Shown piece after piece: positions 28,103-38,014 of a stretch of 64,000 nucleotides of DNA (positions within the stretch are counted from its first letter, which is position 1; each line of letters opens with the position of its first letter). Both the position numbers and the translations under genes were made by a program. The stretch lies in NCBI GenBank assembly GCA_963422375.2, contig OY729428.2:3520001-3584000 (forward strand), read 5' to 3'. The notes under the pieces are model-generated. The model did not search any database. It was given only the letters and a program-made list of their open reading frames with translations, and was not told the DNA's origin. Origin of the DNA: Bryobacterales bacterium (GTDB lineage: Bacteria; Acidobacteriota; Terriglobia; Bryobacterales; UBA6623).

Positions 28103-31100
28103 CTATCTCAGCACCTCGACCGAGCCCCGGCCGCAAATCTCCTCGGCCTGCGCGCGGAACGCCTTGTTCGCCTTGACGCGTGCGTCGAGGTCGTAGACCA
28201 CTACGAAGTCCTTGGGACGCTGCAACCGCAGCCGCACGTCGGTTGGCCCGGGACTGCTGCGAACGAGATCGAGCAGCCGGTCGGCGACCCCTTCCGCCCG
28301 CTTGCCGCCGTTCAGCGTCACGGTGAGCGAAATCTGATCGGGCGGCGGGACGCGGGCGTTCTCGAGCGCCGTGACCTCCGCCACCGAGACCTTGCTCCCT
28401 CCCTCGTCCTCTGCACGCACGCTGCCCCGGACGACGATCGGCCGGTCTACGATGAGCTGGTCCTGGACCTGCTCGAACTGGTTGGCGAACACGAGCAGCT
28501 CGATGCTGCCGCGCTGGTCCTCGAGCACGGCCGACGCCCAGGTGCGGCCCTCGCGGTTCCTGCGGCGCTGGATGCTGTGCAGGATGCCGCACACGGTCAC
28601 CTCCGCGCTGTTGGGCTGGTCGCCGAGCGCCGTGCTCTCGATCGCCTCCAGATCCTCCACGGTCTCCGCGTAGCTCTCGAGAGGGTGACCGGTCACGTAG
28701 AAGCCGAGCGTCTCCTTCTCGCCGGCCAGCTTCTCCAAGTGGGTCCAATCGGCGATGTCCGGCAGGCTTCCGCTCTCGTCTCCCCCGGCCCCCCACATGT
28801 CTCCGAACAGGCCTTCCTGGCCGGTCTCACGGTCCCTGAACGCCCTCTGCCCGGCCTCCATCGCCGAGTCGAGCGCGCCTGTCAGCTGGGCGCGGTTTCC
28901 GCCCACGCTGTCCATCGCGCCGGCCCTGATCGCGCTCTCGAGCATGCGCTTGTTGAACTTGCTGCAGTCGACGTTCTCGCAGAAGTCGAACAGCGAGGTG
29001 AAGCCCGCCTTGCGGTTCGCGCGGGCTTGGATGACGGACTCGACGGCGCTCCGGCCCACGTTCTTGATCGCGCCGAGACCGAAGCGGATCGCCTTGTCCC
29101 CGGCCGGGGTGAAGTCCCAGTACGACACGGCCACGTCCGGCGGGAGGATCTCAATGCCCATGTCCCGGCACTCGTTCAGGTAGAGCCGGACTTTCTCGGA
29201 ACTGCCGAGCTCGGCCGTCAGCAGGGAGGCCATGAATTCGACCGTGTGGTGCGTCTTGAGGTAGGCGGTGACGTAGGCGACGAAGCCGTACGCGGCGGAG
29301 TGCGACTTGTTGAAGCCGTACCCAGCGAACTGCTCCATGAGATTGAACAGCTCGCCGGACTCGCGCTCGGGATGGCCCCGTTCCCTGGCCCCCTGCAGGA
29401 ACCGCATGCGCTGCGTGGCCATCTCGTCGGGCTTCTTCTTGCCCATCGCGCGCCGCAGCAGGTCCGCCTCGCCGAGGGAGTAGCCCGCGACGAGATTCGC
29501 GATCTGCATGACCTGCTCCTGGTAGACGATCACGCCGTAGGTCTCCGCCAGGATGGGCTCGATCTCTGGCAGCAGGTAGGTCACTTTCTTGCGGCCGTGC
29601 TTGCGGTCGATGAAGTCCGGGATCATGCCGCCCTGGATCGGACCGGGGCGGTACAGCGCGTTCAGCGCGCAGAGGTCCTCGAGGCGCTCGGGCTTGTAGC
29701 GGCGGCAGATGTCGCGCATTCCCTTGGACTCGAACTGGAACACGCCGCTGGTCAGCCCCTCCGAGACGAGCTGGAAAGTCTTGGCGTCGTCCAGGGGGAT
29801 CGTCTCCTGGGTCAGGGTCTTGTCCGTGCGCCGCTTGATCCACTTGAACGTGTCGTCGATGATCGTCAGCGTCGTCAGCCCGAGGAAGTCCATCTTGAGA
29901 AGCCCCATCTGGTCGAGGCTCTTCATGTCGAACTGGGTGACGATTTCGTCCTTGTTCGTCTTGTAGATCGGGACGAGGTTCTTGAGAGGCTGCGGCGCGA
30001 TCACGACTCCCGCGGCATGCACGGACGGATTGCGGGCGATGCCTTCCAGGCGCTTCGCCGTCTGCACGAGCTGGGCGACCTTGCCGTCCTCCTTGATGGC
30101 TGCCTGCAGGCGCGGCTCCTGCTCGATGGCCTCGTCCAAGGAGATCTTCAGGACGTTGGGGACGAGCTTGGTCAGGCGGTCGACCTGCCCGAAGCCCAGA
30201 TCCATCACGCGGCCCACGTCCTTGATGGCGGCCTTGGTCGCCATCGTGTTGAAGGTGATGATCTGCGAAACCTGCTCGCGGCCGTACTTCTCCGTGACGT
30301 ATTGGATCACCTCGCCGCGCCGGTTCATGCAGAAGTCGATGTCGACGTCGGGCATCGAGCGGCGCTCGACGTTCAGGAAGCGCTCGAACAGCAGGCCGTA
30401 CTGCAGCGGGTCGATGTCGGTGATCGCCATGGAGTAGGCCACGAGCGAGCCGGCAGCGGAGCCCCGTCCGGGGCCGACGGGAATGCCCTTGGAGCGGGCG
30501 TAGCGGATGAAGTCCCAGACGATCAGGAAGTACCCGGAGTACTTCATGCGCTGGATGACCTCGATCTCGTGGTCGAGCCGCTCCGCGTACTCGGGCAGCG
30601 GCCGGCGCAGCAGGCCCTTCTCCGCCATCGCTTCCAGGCGCGCGCGCCGCGCCTCGAAGCCCTGCCGGGCGGCGAACTCGAAGTAGGTGTCGATGCTCTG
30701 GCCCCGGGGCACCTCGAACTTGGGGAACGGATCCTTGACCGGCTCTAGGTTCAGGTCGCACATCTGGGCGATCTCCCAGGTGCGGTTGAGTGGCCCGTCG
30801 TCGCCGTCGAAGAGGGCGGCCATCTCCTCGCGGGTCTTGAGATAGAACTCCTGCGTGTCGAAGCGCAGGCGCTTGGCCTCGCTGAGCGTCTTGCCGGTCT
30901 GAACGCACAGCAGCGCGTCGTGCGCACCGTGGTCCTCCTTGGTGAGGTAATGCGCATCGTTGGTGGCGACGAGGGGGATGCCCGTCTCCTGCGCCAGGCG
31001 GAACTGCAGCGGGATCAGCTTCTTGTCGAGATCGAGCCCATGGTCCTGGAGCTCGAGGAAGAAATTCTCCTTGCCGAAAATGTCCTGATACTCGTAGGCC

Positions 31101-31570
31101 AGCCTGCGCCCCTCCTCGTAGCCTTGGTTGAGCAGGGCCTCCTGCAGGTCGCCCCGCAGGCAGGCGGACAGGCAGATCAGCCCCTCGGCGTGCTGCGCGA
31201 GCAGCGCCTTGTTGATGCGCGGCTTGTAGTAGAAGCCCTCCAGGTAGGCCGTCGAAACGAGATCGATGAGGTTGCGGTAGCCCTTCTCGTTCTTGCAGAG
31301 CAGGACGAGGTGGTAGTACCGCACGTCGGAGTCGCGGCGCCTGTGGTCGCCGTCGACGATGTAGATCTCGCAGCCGATGATGGGCTTGATCCCGACCTTG
31401 CGAGCGGCGTTGTAGAAGGAGACGGCGCCGAAGAGGTTGCCGTGGTCCGTGATCGCGATGGCCGGCCACTCGTGCTTGGCGGCGATCTTCATCAGCCGCG
31501 GGATGTGACAGGCTCCGTCCAAGAGCGAATAGTCGGTGTGGTTGTGAAGGTGGACGAACGGCTGGGGCAT
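28103..31570 (-). CDS. dnaE: DNA polymerase III alpha subunit
   Basis: 'FVHLHNHTDYSLLDG', 'GPGRGSAAGS', 'PDVDIDF', 'YGFNKSHS', OB fold; no intein seen. Confidence 0.98.
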   Translation of the reverse strand: MPQPFVHLHNHTDYSLLDGACHIPRLMKIAAKHEWPAIAITDHGNLFGAVSFYNAARKVGIKPIIGCEIYIVDGDHRRRDSDVRYYHLVLLCKNEKGYRNLIDLVSTAYLEGFYYKPRINKALLAQHAEGLICLSACLRGDLQEALLNQGYEEGRRLAYEYQDIFGKENFFLELQDHGLDLDKKLIPLQFRLAQETGIPLVATNDAHYLTKEDHGAHDALLCVQTGKTLSEAKRLRFDTQEFYLKTREEMAALFDGDDGPLNRTWEIAQMCDLNLEPVKDPFPKFEVPRGQSIDTYFEFAARQGFEARRARLEAMAEKGLLRRPLPEYAERLDHEIEVIQRMKYSGYFLIVWDFIRYARSKGIPVGPGRGSAAGSLVAYSMAITDIDPLQYGLLFERFLNVERRSMPDVDIDFCMNRRGEVIQYVTEKYGREQVSQIITFNTMATKAAIKDVGRVMDLGFGQVDRLTKLVPNVLKISLDEAIEQEPRLQAAIKEDGKVAQLVQTAKRLEGIARNPSVHAAGVVIAPQPLKNLVPIYKTNKDEIVTQFDMKSLDQMGLLKMDFLGLTTLTIIDDTFKWIKRRTDKTLTQETIPLDDAKTFQLVSEGLTSGVFQFESKGMRDICRRYKPERLEDLCALNALYRPGPIQGGMIPDFIDRKHGRKKVTYLLPEIEPILAETYGVIVYQEQVMQIANLVAGYSLGEADLLRRAMGKKKPDEMATQRMRFLQGARERGHPERESGELFNLMEQFAGYGFNKSHSAAYGFVAYVTAYLKTHHTVEFMASLLTAELGSSEKVRLYLNECRDMGIEILPPDVAVSYWDFTPAGDKAIRFGLGAIKNVGRSAVESVIQARANRKAGFTSLFDFCENVDCSKFNKRMLESAIRAGAMDSVGGNRAQLTGALDSAMEAGQRAFRDRETGQEGLFGDMWGAGGDESGSLPDIADWTHLEKLAGEKETLGFYVTGHPLESYAETVEDLEAIESTALGDQPNSAEVTVCGILHSIQRRRNREGRTWASAVLEDQRGSIELLVFANQFEQVQDQLIVDRPIVVRGSVRAEDEGGSKVSVAEVTALENARVPPPDQISLTVTLNGGKRAEGVADRLLDLVRSSPGPTDVRLRLQRPKDFVVVYDLDARVKANKAFRAQAEEICGRGSVEVLR

Positions 31571-32056
31571 TGACGGGAGGGGGTAAACCCAAGTATAGGA
31601 ACGCTCGGTCGGGATCAGGCTGGCTTCCCCTTCGGACGGGCCGCGGAGGGCTCGGCCTTCGTGCCGAGGTCGCAGGGGCGGGCACCGCGGAATCGCGTTG
31701 ACTCGCAGCGGGCTGCGCATATTGCCGCAACCGCGGCCGCCACAAGTGCCTGTGGCCGATGCGCGACGGCCTCCAGCGTCCTGCCGACGACGCAACGGTG
31801 CCAATCCGGCGCCACCCGGTGGGACAGGGCCACGTGACGCGTGAGCCCGCCGCGCCGTCCATCAGCCGCCGGTGAATCCGCGTCCCGCCCGGGCCGTCGA
31901 AGAAGGCAACCGGCGCTACCCGGCGGTCGTTCCCTCCCGGTAGACCGCGGAGACTGAGCGGTGTCGGGCCGGCGCCGGACCCCGGGATTCTCGAGTCTCG
32001 ACCGCGGGATCCGCAAATGACGACGAGCGAACTCGAACCATCCGATGCTTCTGATC

Positions 32057-32479
32057 CTATTCGGACTGCTCCGGCTTTACGTACGGGCGCACCAGCTCCA
32101 CCACGAGCCGGGCCGCGTCGCGCGCCTCGTCGGCGTCGCTTTCCCGATAAAATTCAGACGGCGTGAGGTCCTCGGCACCGTAGAACGCAAGCTCACGGTC
32201 ACGGCGCAGGGCACGGGAGGCCGCACCAAGCCTGTCAATGTCGGCTGCAATGCCGGCAGGCAGTCTGCCTCGCTCGTTCTCGAGCACGTCGGCGACATCG
32301 TGCACGCGAGGCGGGTCCACCCCGACGGCACGCAACAGCCCCTTGAGGCCAAGCTCGACAACCTCTTGTGATTCGCGGACCACATCCGCCCAGCTTCCCG
32401 CCTCGTGCAGGACGTCGATCGCTCGAAGCCGGGCCGAGGCACGGCGGACGTAGTCTGCGGCCAAGGCGCGATTGCGCAT
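32057..32479 (-). CDS. HEPN-domain protein (toxin of a HEPN-MNT pair)
   Basis: 'SQEVVELGLKGLL...PPRVHDV...RELAFYG...DADEA' HEPN pattern; start overlaps the upstream stop codon. Confidence 0.85.
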   Translation of the reverse strand: MRNRALAADYVRRASARLRAIDVLHEAGSWADVVRESQEVVELGLKGLLRAVGVDPPRVHDVADVLENERGRLPAGIAADIDRLGAASRALRRDRELAFYGAEDLTPSEFYRESDADEARDAARLVVELVRPYVKPEQSE

Positions 32480-33048
32480 CAGGCGGCTTCCGACCAGTAC
32501 GGCTGCCCATGCACCACCCGCCGCACCAGCTGCCCGGCGGCGATGGCGCGACGGATGCGAGATAGATGCGACGAGAGCTTCCAGTCGCGCTCGAACAGCA
32601 CAACCGCATCGAGCGCTACCTCGGCCCAGAGGCCGCTGATCTCCCCGCCTCTGGGAGGGTGGACGATGTGCGCGTCGATGCGTCGCCCGCGCCACGTGAT
32701 GCGCCCTGCGTCCCAAGCACGGTAGAGCGCGCGGCACAACGCCAAGCTGGAGTCCACCACGACGAGCGCATCGACGTCCGAGGCGGCGGTGGCTTCTCCA
32801 CGCGCCCAAGAACCGTGGAGGACTACTGCCGCCAGTGCATCCCCCGCCACCGCACGAGCACGTCCGACGAGTGACATCGCGTCTTCATCGCCGAGACTGC
32901 GGATCTCGACCGTCTTGAGATGCCGCACGCAGTAGGCATTCAGGGACTCCCCGCTCGCGGCTGCAGCCTTGTGCAGCGCCGTGTGTAGCTCCGGCGTCAT
33001 CCGGAGGACGAACCGGCCACGCTTCGACGGCCCGGTAGGAGATGTCAC
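32479..33048 (-). CDS. HicB-like ribbon-helix-helix domain fused to a minimal nucleotidyltransferase (MNT)
   Basis: 'GRFVLRMTPELH.AL...A...G.SLNAY' RHH followed by 'LHGSWARGE...SDVD' GSx10DxD motif; GTG start inferred. Confidence 0.8.
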   Translation of the reverse strand: MTSPTGPSKRGRFVLRMTPELHTALHKAAAASGESLNAYCVRHLKTVEIRSLGDEDAMSLVGRARAVAGDALAAVVLHGSWARGEATAASDVDALVVVDSSLALCRALYRAWDAGRITWRGRRIDAHIVHPPRGGEISGLWAEVALDAVVLFERDWKLSSHLSRIRRAIAAGQLVRRVVHGQPYWSEAA

Positions 33049-33747
33049 CTGCTTCCTGCGTATAGTATCACCGATAGTACCCCGCGATGCCACCCGCACT
33101 ACGCGTTCAGTGAGGTACAAGCGCGAATCCAGTCCGATTCGGATTTCGCGACGACCGCCGCAGTGCCTGGCCATGGCCGCGCCGCAGAAACGGCAAGTGT
33201 CGGAACGCTCATGCATGGTCTCGCCTTGGAGCTTCGCCATGATCCGGGGACGGCGGCAATCATGCCGGCCGGAGAGCATAGATGCTCGCTCATCGCAGCC
33301 CCCTGCGCGGGAACCGGACGGTTCGATCCGGAGCCGCCACGGACGAACCCGGGCAGGGTTGACCGAAGCACATCCCAGACACAAGGGAGCACGACGATTC
33401 GCGGCCAGCTTCGTTTCGAGAGACACTGCTGTCAATGATGTCGCTGCGGAGAGACGGCGGCCCGTTGCACGCTGCCTACGAGGGCCCATGAGCGTCAAGC
33501 TACTCGGATAATGTCGTCCTGAATCGGGTTGCGTGCGCCGTGGAGCCGTAGGACCGGCTCGCGCGAGCGCTCGAGGAAAGGCACGAAGTCCGGGAACGAA
33601 TAGCCGCTTCGCGAGCGATCTCCTAGCTCGCGCCCGGTTGCGACTCGGTTCACGGAAGAACCGTAGGCTGATGGCGCGAAGGCCTCCATCGGTGCGCAGT
33701 AGCCCGTCGGGCAAGCGATCCGCCTGGAAGCGCTTGCTGGACCTCGG

Positions 33748-35259
33748 TCAGTAGGAAAACACTCGCTCCAGATGCTCCTGCGACGGCCTGTGGCTCGCTG
33801 TCATTCGACTGATAGCGAGGTAAGCACCCAGCGAAACGCAGAACGCCGGAATAATCTCGTGAATGTCTTGCATCCCCGGCACGCTGAAGCGAACTCCGAA
33901 ACGCCACAGCAACGTTGCCGCCATTCCAATCAGCATCGACCAGAAGGCACCGTGCCCTGTACCCCACTTCAGGTACAGCCCTCCGAATATCGCCGGGAAG
34001 AATCCCGCCGCGAAGACCGCGCCGGAGAAGCTGGTGAGTTCCACGACACCGGCGGGAGGGCGAAGCGTCAACAGGAGCACCAAGACCGAGTAGGCCGCGA
34101 TCGCCGCCTTCGTCCAGCGCACCGTGGACCGCTGGCCGCGCGGTCGCCACAGATTGAGCAAATCGCCCACCGCCGCCGTGCCCACTATCAGCATGACGGA
34201 CGCGAGAGACGACATCCCCGCCGCGAACAGACCGGCGATGCATACGGCCGTGACCACTGCGTTGTCGAACTTGGCCAGCATGAATCCGACCACCTCGTCG
34301 GTGTTGCGAATCAGGTAGGCCGCCTCTTGGTCGTCGGCCATCCCGTGGACCAGCGCCCCCAGACCCATCACGCAAACAAGCGACACGCCTAGGAAAACCG
34401 GGGTCCAGATCATCGCGAACCGCATCCCGGCCGCGTTGTCGATGGAGTAGAAGCGGACTAGGCAGCGGGGCTCCGCGATCTGCTTCATGCCCACGGACAG
34501 GCCGATTCCCAGGATGTAGGTGACGGAGACTAGCGCGCCGAACGTCACCAGCCCGTCCCCGATCGGCTCTCCGGCGGCGGAGACGTGCGAAACGCTGGCC
34601 AGCTTGCGAAAGAGCGCCCCGACCCCGCCGGCATGGACGAACGGAATCGCGACCATGACCAAGGCCACGGCAAGCATCATCAGGCCTTGAACGGCGTCGG
34701 TCCAAAGGACGCTGTACATCCCGCCCAGCACGGTGTAGAGGCACGTGAAGCCGAGGATCGCCGCCGCGCCCCAAGCGTACGGCACGCTTAGCACAGTCTC
34801 GAGAAGGTGGGCACAGCCCTTGGCGATGCCGGCCATGTACCACAGCGTGGCGAACAGGATCGTCAGCGCCGAGAGCGCCCTCGTGGCCTTCGACAGGGAG
34901 CTCCTGTACCGGAAATCGAAGTAGTCGGGAATCGTGACCGATCCGAGGCCTGCCGTCTGGTTGCGCAGCCGCGGTCCTAGCAGCAGCCACGAAACCATGC
35001 AGAAAGCCGTCCACAGGACGCCCACCCAAGCCCAGCTCAGGCCCGAGGCGAATGCCTGGCCAGCCTGGCCGATATACGTGTTCGTACTGGCGAACGTCGA
35101 GAAGAACGCGAGCGAGACCACCCATCCGGGCACGCTGCGCCTGGCGACGTAGAAGTCGTCAACGCCGCGTGAGGCCCGCCGGCGAAAGTACCATCCGATC
35201 CCGATGCAGGCCGCCAGGTAGACCAGTAGCGCCGACATGACCGGCAGGTGCTCGGTCAT
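33748..35259 (-). CDS. Sodium:solute symporter (PutP/PanF-like)
   Basis: Many TM helices; 'DDFYVARRS', 'TIPDYFDFRY', 'GGMYSVLWTDAVQG', 'AAGMSS'. Confidence 0.92.
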   Translation of the reverse strand: MTEHLPVMSALLVYLAACIGIGWYFRRRASRGVDDFYVARRSVPGWVVSLAFFSTFASTNTYIGQAGQAFASGLSWAWVGVLWTAFCMVSWLLLGPRLRNQTAGLGSVTIPDYFDFRYRSSLSKATRALSALTILFATLWYMAGIAKGCAHLLETVLSVPYAWGAAAILGFTCLYTVLGGMYSVLWTDAVQGLMMLAVALVMVAIPFVHAGGVGALFRKLASVSHVSAAGEPIGDGLVTFGALVSVTYILGIGLSVGMKQIAEPRCLVRFYSIDNAAGMRFAMIWTPVFLGVSLVCVMGLGALVHGMADDQEAAYLIRNTDEVVGFMLAKFDNAVVTAVCIAGLFAAGMSSLASVMLIVGTAAVGDLLNLWRPRGQRSTVRWTKAAIAAYSVLVLLLTLRPPAGVVELTSFSGAVFAAGFFPAIFGGLYLKWGTGHGAFWSMLIGMAATLLWRFGVRFSVPGMQDIHEIIPAFCVSLGAYLAISRMTASHRPSQEHLERVFSY

Positions 35260-35378
35260 GAGTCGCGCCGAGTCTCGTCGCCGGGACGGACATCGACCTC
35301 GAGGCGCGTCACGACCCAAGCGTTGACAGCGACCAGAACCGCGATGGCGACATAGGCGCCTGCCGTCAGGAGGTCCAT
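35256..35378 (-). CDS. Small single-TM protein (40 aa) coupled to the symporter
   Basis: MDLLTAGAYVAIAVLVAVNAWVVTRLEVDVRPGDETRRDS*; ATGA overlap with the symporter start; not in the ORF track. Confidence 0.6.
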   Translation of the reverse strand: MDLLTAGAYVAIAVLVAVNAWVVTRLEVDVRPGDETRRDS

Positions 35379-35639
35379 CCGCCAGCGTATGCTACTGAGA
35401 GGCGCAAAAGTCTTTTCCCAAGATACGGGCCATACTCAGTCGACTTCCGATTCAGGCTGTCATCATAGCAGCCCAGAGATAGAGTCTTGAATTCTCGAAC
35501 TTAGGCCTGCATATTGTGATATGCTGTAACTATCTACACAGTATATTGCGTACTCGAATTTGGAAGGCCTCCTTCTTAGCAGACTGCTTGGGAACCCAGT
35601 TGCCAGTACATTCTGGCCTGGCCGATCCGAAAAGACTTT

Positions 35640-36672
35640 CCTGATTACCCACAAGACTCAGCCAAGGTTAAGAGGCGGTAAGGCATGGGCGGGGTGCGCA
35701 CGGAGGCGTGGAGCAGGCGGGGGACCAGCACCTGCAGATCGTAGCGGCGGTTGAAGCGGTAGCAGAACTCGGCGAGGTACCGCGGCAGGTGCTTGCCGTT
35801 GAGCGAATGGCAGGTTCCCGCCAGGGACTGCTTGACGTTCGCCGGCATCGTGTTGACCCGGACGAAGCGGGAATCCCCGCAGCTCCGCTGCCCGCCTCCG
35901 GTGACGGTCGGCACGTGCTCGCAGCCGGCGCCGGCCACGCCCCGGAAGCAGGCCAAGCCGTCGGAATGCACCTCCGTGCCGGGCTGCAAGTGCCGCCCGG
36001 CCCACGCTGCCAGCGTCTTCTTGCGGAAGCCCGCCACGCTGCTCAGGCGCATCCTTGCCGGCTGGCCGGCGGCGGTGACCTGCACGGCGGCCACGAACGG
36101 CGTCTTGCCCGCCGCGCCGCGCCCGCGCTTGCCGCCGGTCCGCTCCCCGCCCCGGTAGGCGTCGTCCACTTGCACGATGCCGCCCGGCGGCACGCGCTCG
36201 TCGCGCTCCTTCATCACTTGCAAGAGCTTGTGCTTCATCTTCCAAGCCGTGTTCTGGCTCACGCCCAGCTGCCGCGCCAGTTCCAGCGAGGAAACGCCGT
36301 GCTTGCCCTGCGTCAGCAGGTGGAGCGCCAGGAACCAGACGGTCAGCGGCAGCTTGGTGGCAGCGAAGATCGTGCCGGCGACCAGGGAGGTCTGGCGGTG
36401 GCAGGCATGGCACTGCCGGAGCTTGCGGGAGCGGATGCGGCAGTGCCGCCGGGAGCCGCACTCCGGGCAGCGGAAGCCGTCCGGCCAGCGGGCCTTGAAG
36501 ACGGCCTGCTCGCATTGCCCCTCGCTGCCGTAGCGCTGCAGGAACTTGCCCAGGCTGAGTCCCTTCTGGCATTGCACGCGATTGCGTTTCATCTGCTATC
36601 CCCTTTCCTGTCAGAGATTTCCGACCTCCTTCAGTATAGCATATCCTCGGCTGACGTTCGTTGGTAATCAGG
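35640..36672 (-). mobile_element. IS1595-family insertion sequence (complete)
   Basis: CCTGATTACC... imperfect 28-bp inverted repeats; 8-bp target duplication AAGACTTT at 35632-35639 and 36673-36680. Confidence 0.92.
35645..36592 (-). CDS. IS1595-family transposase
   Basis: Zn ribbon CPECG...CHAC, HTH, 'VQVDDAY', 'HSDG', 'RYLAEFCYRFNRR'. Confidence 0.92.
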   Translation of the reverse strand: MKRNRVQCQKGLSLGKFLQRYGSEGQCEQAVFKARWPDGFRCPECGSRRHCRIRSRKLRQCHACHRQTSLVAGTIFAATKLPLTVWFLALHLLTQGKHGVSSLELARQLGVSQNTAWKMKHKLLQVMKERDERVPPGGIVQVDDAYRGGERTGGKRGRGAAGKTPFVAAVQVTAAGQPARMRLSSVAGFRKKTLAAWAGRHLQPGTEVHSDGLACFRGVAGAGCEHVPTVTGGGQRSCGDSRFVRVNTMPANVKQSLAGTCHSLNGKHLPRYLAEFCYRFNRRYDLQVLVPRLLHASVRTPPMPYRLLTLAESCG

Positions 36673-36785
36673 AAGACTTTTGCGCCCCTCAGTAGCAACC
36701 AAGCGGCACAGTGCCTATGCGGCCTGCAACGCGGCCGTATCTCGCGACGCGTCTCCGGGAAAGCCCGCGCTTCCCCGGATAATCG

Positions 36786-37250
36786 CTACTCGACGCGCTT
36801 GGCGGTAATGGTAGCCGGCCCGCCTCTGCGGCCGCGACCGCCGGCAGCCCCCTGCGCGCCCGGAGGACGCTGGCCCCCGCCGGGACGCTGGCCCCCGCCG
36901 GGGGCTCCGGGCGGCCGTTGCCCCCCGCGGGTCAGCTGCAACTCGTCGCCGGAGACCTTGCCCTCGTACCTGATGCGGATGCTCCTGTCGCCGCGAGCCA
37001 CCACCTGGACGAACGAGACGCTGTCTCCCGCGACCTTGCCGTCCTGAATCTCGGACATCCCGAGTTGATCGTTCCCGGCCGTTCCGGTCAGAATCTCGCC
37101 GTCGGACTTGAGATCGAAGACCATGACCGTCGTGCCGCGCGGGCCCTCGATCTCGGCCTTCCACTTGCCGTCCACGGCAGCGGCTCTCAGTGTGCGAACC
37201 GACGCTGCGACAGCCGGCACGGCCAGCGCGAACGCCCTTCTTGAAATCAT
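36786..37250 (-). CDS. Exported hypothetical beta-rich protein with GGQRP repeats
   Basis: Twin-Arg-like leader 'SRRAF'; 'VDGKWKAE' beta domain; 18-bp tandem repeats encoding GGQRP. Confidence 0.65.
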   Translation of the reverse strand: MISRRAFALAVPAVAASVRTLRAAAVDGKWKAEIEGPRGTTVMVFDLKSDGEILTGTAGNDQLGMSEIQDGKVAGDSVSFVQVVARGDRSIRIRYEGKVSGDELQLTRGGQRPPGAPGGGQRPGGGQRPPGAQGAAGGRGRRGGPATITAKRVE

Positions 37251-37326
37251 TCCTTGCGCGCCTCCCAGCACTTGCCTGTATAGACGGAATCGCAGGCCCG
37301 AGGTTATTCCCGGTTGGGTTCCCGAG

Positions 37327-37974
37327 CTACAGCGGCAGCTCGAGGGCGCGCGCAATCTCGGATTGCCGGACCCGCCCCTCGCGCAGGACCGTCGGTCGCG
37401 GAGACGTCAAATCCAGAATCGTGGAAGCCACCGGCCGCGCGACCCGGCCGGAATCAAGCGCCAGGGAGAGCCGCGTGCCCAGCTGGGCGCAGACTTCGTC
37501 CGCCGTGCGCGCTCCGGCCCTGCCGGAGAGATTCGCGCTGGTACCGGTCAGCGGGCAGCCGGACTGCCGGGCCAAGGCCCTCACCAGAGGCGAGCGCGGC
37601 AAGCGGACAGCAACCGAGTCGCGCCCCGCCGTGACCTTGCTCGATACTTCCGGCCGGCCTCGCAGGACCATCGTCAGGGGTCCGGGCCAGAATGTCCGCG
37701 CTAGGACGAAAAACGCCTCGGGCAGGTCGCGAGCGATCTCGTCCACCCGCGACAGCCGGTCCACCAGCAGCAGGACGGGCCGGTTATCCGGACGGCCCTT
37801 CGCTCGGAACACCCTCGTCAGGGCCCTCTCGTTCCGAGCGTCGGCGAGCAGCCCGTACAGGGTATCTGTCATGGCGGCGACCATGCCGCCCCGGCGAATC
37901 GCGCGGACGCCCGCGCGCACGGCCTCCGGCTGGGGGCAGTGCGAGCTCGCGGGCAGCCGAGCGCAAGGGGGCAT
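37327..37974 (-). CDS. tsaC: L-threonylcarbamoyladenylate synthase (TsaC/Sua5 family)
   Basis: 'TDTLYGL', 'KGRP', 'FWPGPLT', 'TSANLSG', 'STILD'; start approximate. Confidence 0.9.
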   Translation of the reverse strand: MPPCARLPASSHCPQPEAVRAGVRAIRRGGMVAAMTDTLYGLLADARNERALTRVFRAKGRPDNRPVLLLVDRLSRVDEIARDLPEAFFVLARTFWPGPLTMVLRGRPEVSSKVTAGRDSVAVRLPRSPLVRALARQSGCPLTGTSANLSGRAGARTADEVCAQLGTRLSLALDSGRVARPVASTILDLTSPRPTVLREGRVRQSEIARALELPL

Positions 37975-38014
37975 GTCCGAACATACTACGCTGGAATCCG
38001 GGCTGTCCCTCGCC

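Larger units (their letters stand above)
35395..36692. mobile_element. MITE (about 257 bp without the nested IS) with 23-bp inverted repeats and TA duplication; hosts IS1595
   Basis: Left CTGAGAGGCGCAAAAGTCTTTTC; right end rebuilt across the insertion as GAAAAGACTTTTGCGCCCCTCAG (22/23); TA at 35393-35394 and 36693-36694. Confidence 0.75.

Noticed and set aside
27941..30748. 935-aa plus-strand ORF, and similar long ORFs opposite relA, tgt, cimA, ilvB and the cytochromes
   Set aside because: Antisense shadows of GC-rich genes; no protein motifs
33049..33714. N-terminal extension of the 411-aa ORF upstream of the RHH-MNT gene
   Set aside because: Arg/Ala-rich low-information translation; recognisable domains start near 33048
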